Source: Kiritimatiellia bacterium (lineage in GTDB: Bacteria; Verrucomicrobiota; Kiritimatiellia; RFP12; UBA1067). Taken from it: 64,000 nucleotides of DNA. A program made the position numbers and the translations under genes. Below the pieces are notes generated by a model that did not search any database, was not told where the DNA came from, and worked only from the letters and a program-made list of their open reading frames with translations. The stretch is taken from NCBI GenBank assembly GCA_045599105.1, contig JAZRVL010000041.1, forward strand, positions 4,295-68,294. Direction: 5' to 3'. Shown here piece after piece: positions 31,426 through 38,719 of this stretch. Position 1 is the stretch's first letter. Every line of letters begins with the position of its first letter.

Positions 31426-33972
31426 TCAAAGGGATGATTGTTGAAGCTTGTAAAGATTCTTGTACTCCTCTGCCGTCAAAACTGTACTGAAAAGACCAAC
31501 ATTTTCACCCTCGTGCTTACTTGCTAAGCCAGTATAAATAAGTGAAGCGTCCTCATAACGTTTGAACTTGTAAACCGCATCATCCATTAGCGATGCATTG
31601 AAAACATTAAGACTGCATAGCAAATTAAAATCCTTCACCGTCAAACCTGTCACCTTATGAAACAAGTTTGGTTCCAATTTGGTAATCACATCATCCAAAC
31701 TATACTCACGATAATCCGAAAGGTACATAAAAATCGGTATTCGCGTGGCAAATTTTATAAGCCTTTCTTGAATTTCCTTGCGCTTGGACTTAAATTCTTT
31801 CTCTTCTTTCGTAAGCTCCGTCTTTTCTTTCTTAGTAAGCGCATCACTATCTCGTTTTGCTTTCTTAACATACTCCGATTTGGTGATTATTATTTCAATA
31901 TCCTTATTTAGCGCACGAAACCCTTCAATCCGCATCAATGCAGCCATCGCATCGTCATTTGCCATTAAACGACGCAAGGTATCATTGTCAACATTCACTA
32001 ACAATGCCGACTCCCATCGTTTCGCCAAAAGTGTTGCCGATGTGCCAGACATCGCTATATCCAATATTTCAGCAGCATCAATATGCTTCATTGAACTACC
32101 ATCATACGCAATGACTGGGAGAAACTTGATAAACTCTCCTACCTTCTTCTCAGGATTCTTCTCATTTACATTAAGCCTACAAGCATAATCCGAAATCTGA
32201 CGAAGCGCTCTATCAAGTGCAAAATCAAATACATAACATTCCTTTTTGACAATTTCGCGCTTACCATCTTCAATATCAATCACCCATGGGCTTTGCACAC
32301 GAAAAGCCGTCTGGAAATATGTTTCAGGACTCTTTAAGTTGCGAAGCATGAAAACGCCTGTCCACGGCTTAATCGTAACTCCAGTTGTTAACTTGCCACA
32401 AGAAAGTGTAATTGTCTTTGTTTCAAGCGGATTGTCCATTGACCGCATAACTGGCTCTAAAGCCGCAATGCCGACGCCCGCACCAGTGCCAGCGCAAACA
32501 TTTACCTTATAATCATGATAGAAGGCGTTCTGCTTCGCTTTAAGTAAATTTGCCATTGCATAGCAACTTGCCACATTAGGCAAAAACCATAATGTATGCG
32601 TAAGAACACTCAAAAGTCTTGAATCCGCAAATGGCATTGCTGGACGACCACGTCCAAGTTTTAGCTCATCGGTCGTCGTTTCAAGATACGATCCGCGAAT
32701 AAGGTCTAACCATTTTTGAACATAGTCCTCATAAACAAACCTTGCGCTATCGCCTTCGCCTTTGGCTGAAAAGAAAACATTAAGATCGAATTCATCAAAT
32801 TCGCCTTGCCTTGCAATGCGTTGAATTGAATCAGGTATCTTATAAGTTAGCATCACCATGCGCGGCAATGCTGCATACGGATTCTCTTTCGCTCCTTTCC
32901 ATTCCGCCTTTGCATATTGCTCATCCGAATATGTCCAATTATAAATTTGATCTTCGATAAACTCGCCAGAGTTAATCGCCCTAAACGGCGTTCCCGAGAG
33001 ATAAAGATATTGCGCAGCGGTAATCGGAAGCCATGTTTCATCTAATTGCTCACTCGTCTCACCATGTTCACCCTCCACTTCGTCCTCATCCATTTCAAAA
33101 AGTTTCTTCGCGCTGTCTTTCCACGCCCCGAAATGGTACTCGTCAAATACAACTAAATCCCAGTTAATAGTGTGCACCCATTCATTAGTTACTTTAATAC
33201 CACCAGTTTCGCGATTATACCCTAAGAAATCCTGAAATGAACCAAAACACACGATAGGGCGTTTTTTATCTGCCTTTGCATATTTCTCATCGGCCGTTAA
33301 ATCATTCGGATGTTGCCCACGACAAATAAATTGCCATCCTTCAAAATCAATATGTTGATTGAGGTCGTCTCGCCAAGCCGATTGTACCGCCGGCTTGAAG
33401 GTTAAAATAAGCACTCTCTGCGCCCCAAGGCGCTTTGCAAGTTGGTAAGTGGCAAATGTTTTACCAAATCGCATCTTGGCGTTCCACAAAAACTTTGGCG
33501 CCTTTTTGACTCTTTTCTCTTTTTTCGCACTTGCGTAATATTTGGTTGTCTTTTCCACTGCCGCGCTTTGCTCTGGACGCATCTCAAAATTAAGTGTTCG
33601 CCGCTCAACATTGTTCGTACGATTTCGGACTGCCAACCACGCTGCACGGACAGCATTCACATCACATTTAAACCACTCAGTAGCCGTCTTCTTATTGTAG
33701 CACCGCTCAACGCCCATCTCCGTTAACTTTTTATGAACTTGATGATCCGTAAATGACCCGCCATCGACATATAAAGCGCTTTCCGCAAAAACAATCTTAT
33801 ACGGCTTCTTGTCTCCTGGTTTTAGAATTGGGAACTGATCGGCGACGCGCTTTTCGACACCATTTGAGGCAAAGCCAACCTTAAGTAACCCAGCATAATT
33901 TGGGTTATCCTCCTCATAAGCATATATCGTTGGACGCGCCGACGTCCGTACAGGAAAGAAATCATCGCTCAT
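31426..33972 (-). CDS. T5orf172 (GIY-YIG-like nuclease) domain fused to an SF2 helicase (ResIII/DEAH-type); putative restriction/translocase subunit
   Basis: The N-terminal ~115 aa read IYAYEE...LLKVGFASNGVEKRVADQF...DHQVHKKL...EWFKC, a T5orf172 pattern. Helicase motifs are MRFGKTF (Walker A), VVFDEYHFG (II) and LYLSGTPFR (III). The C-terminal ~280 aa are unassigned with a KE-rich coil. Confidence 0.7.
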   Translation of the reverse strand: MSDDFFPVRTSARPTIYAYEEDNPNYAGLLKVGFASNGVEKRVADQFPILKPGDKKPYKIVFAESALYVDGGSFTDHQVHKKLTEMGVERCYNKKTATEWFKCDVNAVRAAWLAVRNRTNNVERRTLNFEMRPEQSAAVEKTTKYYASAKKEKRVKKAPKFLWNAKMRFGKTFATYQLAKRLGAQRVLILTFKPAVQSAWRDDLNQHIDFEGWQFICRGQHPNDLTADEKYAKADKKRPIVCFGSFQDFLGYNRETGGIKVTNEWVHTINWDLVVFDEYHFGAWKDSAKKLFEMDEDEVEGEHGETSEQLDETWLPITAAQYLYLSGTPFRAINSGEFIEDQIYNWTYSDEQYAKAEWKGAKENPYAALPRMVMLTYKIPDSIQRIARQGEFDEFDLNVFFSAKGEGDSARFVYEDYVQKWLDLIRGSYLETTTDELKLGRGRPAMPFADSRLLSVLTHTLWFLPNVASCYAMANLLKAKQNAFYHDYKVNVCAGTGAGVGIAALEPVMRSMDNPLETKTITLSCGKLTTGVTIKPWTGVFMLRNLKSPETYFQTAFRVQSPWVIDIEDGKREIVKKECYVFDFALDRALRQISDYACRLNVNEKNPEKKVGEFIKFLPVIAYDGSSMKHIDAAEILDIAMSGTSATLLAKRWESALLVNVDNDTLRRLMANDDAMAALMRIEGFRALNKDIEIIITKSEYVKKAKRDSDALTKKEKTELTKEEKEFKSKRKEIQERLIKFATRIPIFMYLSDYREYSLDDVITKLEPNLFHKVTGLTVKDFNLLCSLNVFNASLMDDAVYKFKRYEDASLIYTGLASKHEGENVGLFSTVLTAEEYKNLYKLQQSSL

Positions 33973-33986
33973 CTTCTACCTCCATT

Positions 33987-33995
33987 TGCTATAAT
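33987..33995 (+). promoter_or_regulatory. extended -10 (TGcTATAAT) 6 nt upstream of ATG 34002; possible leaderless transcript
   Basis: tttGCTATAATacctacATG sits in the 29-nt spacer between divergent start codons 33972 and 34002. No SD is present. Confidence 0.3.
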
Positions 33996-34001
33996 ACCTA
34001 C

Positions 34002-34958
34002 ATGGCCCGGCTTTTCGGTTTTGATTATAAATCTCCATATTTCTATATGGTAACCTTGAAACGAATCAAGGGATTGGTTGACTTTTCCCGAATCGGGGCA
34101 AATGAGCTTATAGAAAACGAACTTACCCAATCCTTCTCCACGATTATCAAGCGTTTCCACTTGAAATGGCGATGCCTCGATGAGATTTCGCCTTTCATAA
34201 TAATGCCCGACCATCTTCATTTGCTGATTAAAATCAAGAAGACGCCAAACCGCGTCGCCTTGGGAGTCTTGGTCAGCCAACTCGCAAAGACCTTGCGCGC
34301 CGAATATTGGCGCATCGTAGCGGCAGACGCCGCTACAAGCAAAACCCGCACGGGTCTTGCGGGTTGCGCGTCTGCGCAACCTTTGCCTCCGATTTTCGAA
34401 GCCGAGTGGCACGATTGGATTGTCAAAAAACGCGGTCAACTCGCCGCCTTTCGCCGTTATATCAAGGAGAATCCTTCCCGAGCTTGGTTGCGCCACACCA
34501 ATCGCCAATACTTTGGGCAAGTTTGCGAAGTCGAATTTTGCGGACGCAAGTGGTTCGCCTACGGCAATACGGAGATCCTCGACTTGCCGATTATCGTTCC
34601 TTTCAAGTGCTCGCGAAAGTTGATTAGGGAATCGCCAGAATGGAACGCTTTTACCGCAATAGCCGAACGCATCGGCCCTGGTGGAGCCGGAATTGGAACT
34701 TTCATGAGTCCTTGCGAAAAAGCATGCGGCAATTTGATTGCGAAAGCTGGAGGAAAGTGGATAATTCTTTCGCCCGAAGGATTTGGCCCGCGCTGGCACC
34801 CGCCAAGAGACAAGGAAAAGTTTTGCGCACAAGGACGCATGCTCTTCCTTTCGCTTTATCCCGCCGATACCCATAAACCAGACAAAGCGATGCTCTATCA
34901 GCGTTGTCATGAGATGGGCGATATAATTAGCCATTCCTTGCTTACTCCATCGGTTTGA
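34002..34958 (+). CDS. RayT-like HUH (Y1, IS200/IS605-superfamily) protein with a ~150-aa C-terminal extension
   Basis: Track ORF 33900..34958; I start it at ATG 34002. Motifs are YFYMVTL (beta1), IIMPDHLHLLI (HUH), EWHDWIV and RRYIKENPSRAW (catalytic-Tyr helix), in the order seen in E. coli RayT. Confidence 0.65.
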   Translation: MARLFGFDYKSPYFYMVTLKRIKGLVDFSRIGANELIENELTQSFSTIIKRFHLKWRCLDEISPFIIMPDHLHLLIKIKKTPNRVALGVLVSQLAKTLRAEYWRIVAADAATSKTRTGLAGCASAQPLPPIFEAEWHDWIVKKRGQLAAFRRYIKENPSRAWLRHTNRQYFGQVCEVEFCGRKWFAYGNTEILDLPIIVPFKCSRKLIRESPEWNAFTAIAERIGPGGAGIGTFMSPCEKACGNLIAKAGGKWIILSPEGFGPRWHPPRDKEKFCAQGRMLFLSLYPADTHKPDKAMLYQRCHEMGDIISHSLLTPSV

Positions 34959-36465
34959 TCATTGACTCGATGAACGCAATTTCGTCATTCGTTAACTTAT
35001 ACTTCTTATAAAGCTCCGCGTCAGTCCACGGTTTAGAAAAGTCTTGCATAGGAACGAAAGAATATACAGCAGCCGCAGCGTGTTGAGAAGACTTTTTCAA
35101 CATAACCATAAAACGAAAGAATCTCGTCCTAATATAAGAAAGTACATTTGTAGCCTCTTCACTTCCCATAAACGGGCCAATTACCACATATGTTTCCGTA
35201 CAACAACTTCCTGGTTCAGACAAAATTGGCTTTCCAAGTATTTGATGCGGAAACTCCTCGCTAGCACCATATGCCGCTGAAATTAGCACTTTCGCTTTTT
35301 CTATCCATTCGTAGTTTTTCTCAACCTCACTTTTCTTAATATACCCTACACCTCCTCGCTCATACAATTTCACCATCCCACGAGATGGATTCGGCTTGCC
35401 ATGTACAAACGTTCTCAGTCCAAACGGTTTCTGCGAACTTACCAAACCATCAAATGTCTCTTCGCCAAGCGCCAAAACTTTATGATAGATTGACACTCCC
35501 TTATCATAGCGAATAAACACATCACTATTTTTCTCACGCATAAATCTTTCTGTCTGTTCTGTGATTTTTCCTTCAACATGAGTAAACACCTTACACATAC
35601 CCTTTTGATCTCGATTCCAAAGAAAGTAACAAACACCACCCTTTATTTCTACACCATTTCCAAAGCACTCATCAGCATTAAGAAAATCATGAAGAATCCG
35701 AATATGATTATCGCTAATCATCGCATCACGAAACCCATCAAGACCTCTTCCTCCTCCATACCACCTTGCGGGAATGATCATTATTAAATATCGAGGATTT
35801 AATTTCTTTGCCTGCTCCACAAACAGATTATAAATCGGTGTTGCACTTGCCGCATTCCCCCCATCCGCGAGCTGATACGGCGGATTACCTACAATAACAT
35901 CAAACTTCATATTGAAAATCTCCTCGGGGTGATTGGTATGGATGAATTCGTAGGCATGGGTTTCGAGTCCTTTTCGTTTGTCGACTCCAAATTGGTCTTC
36001 GCTTGCGCCGCACCATTTGCAGCGACCATTGACGAATGTGTGCGCGATATTACGATATCGAATATTGCCTTCGACCGTCTTGAATTGACTCGTCGAATAA
36101 CGGCAGTTCGGATACTTTGAACAATAAAGCGTCCTACGCGAGACAAGCGACGTCAACTCCGTTGTTGCAATACCGTAAAGCTGATTATGGAGAATGTGGT
36201 CGACGCGGGTCTGTAGGTCGGGCATCTCGTCGGCAAGTCCCGCAATTAGCCGCTTCGCAATTTCCCGCAAGAAAACTCCGCTCTTGCAACCAATATCGAG
36301 AAACGTCGTTTTGCTACTTTGAAAGAGTTCCTTGGGTAGCATATCAAGCATTTGGTTGACTACCGCAGGCGGCGTAAAAACCTCGTCGTTAGACAAGTTC
36401 GCCAAACAACTTAGCACATCAGGATTATGCACATTACCACTCATTAGCAATCCTCCAGTAATCAA
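34942..36465 (-). CDS. Eco57I-type gamma-class N6-adenine DNA methyltransferase with a C-terminal target-recognition region
   Basis: EVFTPPAVVNQMLDML (motif X), FLDIGCKSGVFL (I), LYGI (II) and VIVGNPPYQ (IV, NPPY at 35875-35886) are present, followed by ~270 aa. Confidence 0.8.
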   Translation of the reverse strand: MITGGLLMSGNVHNPDVLSCLANLSNDEVFTPPAVVNQMLDMLPKELFQSSKTTFLDIGCKSGVFLREIAKRLIAGLADEMPDLQTRVDHILHNQLYGIATTELTSLVSRRTLYCSKYPNCRYSTSQFKTVEGNIRYRNIAHTFVNGRCKWCGASEDQFGVDKRKGLETHAYEFIHTNHPEEIFNMKFDVIVGNPPYQLADGGNAASATPIYNLFVEQAKKLNPRYLIMIIPARWYGGGRGLDGFRDAMISDNHIRILHDFLNADECFGNGVEIKGGVCYFLWNRDQKGMCKVFTHVEGKITEQTERFMREKNSDVFIRYDKGVSIYHKVLALGEETFDGLVSSQKPFGLRTFVHGKPNPSRGMVKLYERGGVGYIKKSEVEKNYEWIEKAKVLISAAYGASEEFPHQILGKPILSEPGSCCTETYVVIGPFMGSEEATNVLSYIRTRFFRFMVMLKKSSQHAAAAVYSFVPMQDFSKPWTDAELYKKYKLTNDEIAFIESMIKPME

Positions 36466-37192
36466 TTGGCGGATACTCCTTAAGAATTATTGATCCATCA
36501 TTATCCGTTTCACCCATTAGATACGATGTAGGTTCATCAACAAAGCCAAGTGTCATTTGAATATCTGCACGGAAGCGCCCTTTTTGTCCATGAAGCTCTC
36601 CCTTTCTCTCTTCCGACTTTAATAAAAGCATATCAAGGCGATACTCTTTGCGAGTAATAATGCTTTTATCGATTTGCGGAAACTTCCACTCAACAAAAAC
36701 TATTGGCTTATCCGTATCCTTTTGATTCTCGTCAACACATTTCATCGAAAGCGCATTGCCGAGCAATATGTTCTTTTCAAAGACCTTTTTTACCGCCCCT
36801 GCCACACGGTCATGAAAATCGGTTCTGCGATGGGCGGCTGCGTCCGCCCCTTTAAAACTCCCTTCCCACGTTTCAAAAAGCCGCTCCCGACAATGCACTA
36901 CATTGTCTGGCATAATATCAACACCATAAAGCGTCGTACATGCTAAAAACGAAAACTTCTCATAATCCGCTGCGCTTTTACCATAACGTTTCTTGCAAAC
37001 AGCAAGCTTTCGTCTCAAAACTTCGTCCAGAAAATTACCAGTCCCACAAGCCGGCTCAAGAAATGTAGATTCAATCTTCTCGGTCTCGTCTTTAACAAGA
37101 TCAAGCATCGCGTTTACTTCACGAGCAGCGGTAAAAACCTCTCCGTGCTCACGCACCCTATCTTTTGAAACTATTTGATCGTTCTTTTCCAT
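36434..37192 (-). CDS. methyltransferase-fold protein with a degenerate catalytic motif IV (NALS instead of NPPY)
   Basis: HGEVFTAAREVNAMLDL (X-like), FLEPACGTGNFL (I) and LYGVDI (II) are followed by ILLGNALSM (36746-36757) where GNPPY/F is expected. At 252 aa it overlaps the downstream MTase by 32 nt. Confidence 0.6.
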   Translation of the reverse strand: MEKNDQIVSKDRVREHGEVFTAAREVNAMLDLVKDETEKIESTFLEPACGTGNFLDEVLRRKLAVCKKRYGKSAADYEKFSFLACTTLYGVDIMPDNVVHCRERLFETWEGSFKGADAAAHRRTDFHDRVAGAVKKVFEKNILLGNALSMKCVDENQKDTDKPIVFVEWKFPQIDKSIITRKEYRLDMLLLKSEERKGELHGQKGRFRADIQMTLGFVDEPTSYLMGETDNDGSIILKEYPPIDYWRIANEW

Positions 37193-37207
37193 CGTGTTCC
37201 TCTAAGT

Positions 37208-37372
37208 CGCACGACGGCAAAAGAAAAAGGCGGTCTTTCAATTGCACTCACTTGAAGGTCGTAGGAGACCTGTAACCGAATGCAATGAAAGACGCGCCAA
37301 TGGTGGCGCATCTTCGCATACATTTCGTTCGGTTACTGAAAATTTCCTACGTTTTCAAGTGAACGTCGTGTA
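37208..37372. other. ~165-nt imperfect hairpin (candidate structured RNA leader/ncRNA or ssDNA hairpin)
   Basis: Pairing arms are cacgacg 37210-16 / cgtcgtg 37364-70, cacttgaa 37249-56 / ttcaagtg 37354-61, cgtagga 37260-66 / tcctacg 37345-51 and gtaaccgaa 37272-80 / ttcggttac 37328-36. The apical stem is gcgcca-atgg-tggcgc (37294-37309). A 32-nt asymmetric bulge lies on the low-coordinate side. Confidence 0.5.
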
Positions 37373-37501
37373 GCGTTGACGCTAAATCATCAAGCGGTCA
37401 AGGGTGGGCTTTTCGCGGGACTTTTGCGAACCCGTAGGCTCGACTCCCATCTACTTCGCCAGTTCGTGACCTATATGCTCCCCTCGCGGAGAACATAAAG
37501 T

Positions 37502-37510
37502 ATTATAGCA
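37502..37510 (-). promoter_or_regulatory. extended -10 (TGcTATAAT) on the minus strand, pointing into the hairpin element and the MTase operon
   Basis: The minus strand reads ttttTGCTATAATacttt ATG. The ATG (37496) opens a 32-codon ORF ending at 37398. No good -35 is present. Confidence 0.3.
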
Positions 37511-37612
37511 AAAATTCCTGATGAGCGGTAATACCAAAAATGACTCCCGCTTTTAGTTAAAAGTGAGAGCCACTATGTTGACCGAGCGAACGGCAAGGGA
37601 GAATTATGGCAA

Positions 37613-37625
37613 GCGGGGACACGCC
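37613..37625. repeat. left copy of an inverted 13-mer (gcggggacacgcc) flanking RayT-like gene 2
   Basis: It matches the reverse complement of 38640-38652 at 12 of 13 positions. It lies 28 nt beyond the gene's stop. Confidence 0.4.
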
Positions 37626-37652
37626 CTCCTTTTCGCCCGTCTTTATTGCCTT

Positions 37653-38483
37653 TCATCGCTTTTCTCCCCTCTCACGCACCTTCTTCGCAAGCAAATTCCC
37701 GTGCGTCGCCCACGCTTTTGCTACCACTGGTTTTGCCGTCGCTCGTCCTTTGAACCTATCTCCCATCCTTTCCGCCTCGCTTTTCACAAACTCATATCCT
37801 CCAAATATCTTCCCCTCGCCTATTTGCACTACCCTTTTCAGCATCCATTTCTCATCCTCCCCAATAAAATCGCACCTCTCGCAGGGACCGTCCCCGCTTC
37901 GCGAGCTCCATTCGTAATCTCGCGATCGACGAACGATTCCCGCCCTTACTGGATTGAGTTCCACATAGCGAATGCATGTTGCAAGATATTTCCCGCCTTC
38001 CACTAGTGTTGAAGTAAATCTACCGCTCCAAATACTACCACAATGCTTGATTTCGCTTTTATAGCGGATATTTACTAATTCTTTGAAGGTTTTCGTAAAT
38101 TCACTTATATCGTACATACGCCTACGCCAGACATTTAACGCTATTTCCACCATATCCATACTGCCACAGCGTTTAAGCTCCGATAGATGATCTACAAAGT
38201 CATCCGCAAAGCGCTTACCTTTCAAGGTAGCGATACGATTTATTACTTCGTCTTCGGATATTGGTTCATTTGGCTTTATGATAGAGCAGACAATATGGAA
38301 GTGATTATTCATCATACAATATGCTTCAAGCTTTATGCCTGAGAATATAGCGGTACGTTTTAAGATATTGACCATATCTGTCTTAATCTTCCCTCCAGTA
38401 AAGAGAAATGCGCGGTTATTGGTACGGGACATTATATGATAGTGTCCGTCGCCTTCCTTCTTGATTCTACGAGTTCTTGCCAT
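37653..38483 (-). CDS. RayT-like HUH (Y1) REP-associated-transposase-family protein
   Basis: HYHIMSRTNNRAFLF (beta1), CMMNNHFHIV (HUH), WSGRFTSTLV and IRYVELNPVRAGIV (Tyr helix) are present. An SD AAGGAGG lies upstream. Confidence 0.75.
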   Translation of the reverse strand: MARTRRIKKEGDGHYHIMSRTNNRAFLFTGGKIKTDMVNILKRTAIFSGIKLEAYCMMNNHFHIVCSIIKPNEPISEDEVINRIATLKGKRFADDFVDHLSELKRCGSMDMVEIALNVWRRRMYDISEFTKTFKELVNIRYKSEIKHCGSIWSGRFTSTLVEGGKYLATCIRYVELNPVRAGIVRRSRDYEWSSRSGDGPCERCDFIGEDEKWMLKRVVQIGEGKIFGGYEFVKSEAERMGDRFKGRATAKPVVAKAWATHGNLLAKKVRERGEKR

Positions 38484-38512
38484 AATTGCCTCCTTGTCGT
38501 TTAATGAGACTA

Positions 38513-38521
38513 TTATCGCAA
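38513..38521 (-). promoter_or_regulatory. extended -10 (TGcGATAAT) upstream of RayT-like gene 2
   Basis: The minus strand reads aaatTTGCGATAATagtctc, about 30 nt before ATG 38483. A direct 10-mer ATCTTAACAC occurs twice (38580-38589, 38591-38600) further upstream. Confidence 0.3.
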
Positions 38522-38639
38522 ATTTTCCGAATTAAAGTGTTTTCATTTTGTTACGATTGTGTGTTATTTTATTAACAAAATCTTAACACCATCTTAACAC
38601 GATTTTTCGCCAAATGCCTGATTTTATTGACTTTTTTGG

Positions 38640-38652
38640 GGTGTGTCCCCGC
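38640..38652. repeat. right copy of the inverted 13-mer (ggtgtgtccccgc)
   Basis: Its reverse complement gcggggacacacc matches 37613-37625. It is embedded in GGGGtgtgtCCCC and the CCCGCGGG palindrome. Confidence 0.4.
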
Positions 38653-38719
38653 GGGTGTATCGTGTCATTTGCGAGGCGACTCGACGGTTAAGTTCCGTTA
38701 AATTAGTTAGAGTCCAATA

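Noticed and set aside
36434-36465. The 32-nt overlap between the two MTase-fold ORFs as a frameshifted single gene (pseudogene)
   Set aside because: Each ORF has its own motif X and motif I at its N-terminus. They are two separate MTase-fold proteins, not halves of one.
37434-37461. tRNA/tmRNA-like 3' end (ggctcgactcc T-loop-like, then ctacttc-g-cca)
   Set aside because: The T-stem has a mismatch and the loop has C at the T54 position. I found no complementary gaagtag 5' acceptor strand upstream, and no D or anticodon arms.
33966-37527. Possible duplication of the divergent promoter segment (cgctcatc-N11-tttgctataatac-ctac-atg at 33966-34004 against cgctcatc-N7-tttgctataatac-ttt-atg on the minus strand at 37527-37494)
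   Set aside because: The shared strings are short. TTTGC[TG]ATAAT recurs at other putative promoters (38513-38524, 31242-31252), so it is more likely promoter consensus than duplication. The 8-mer match alone is not significant.
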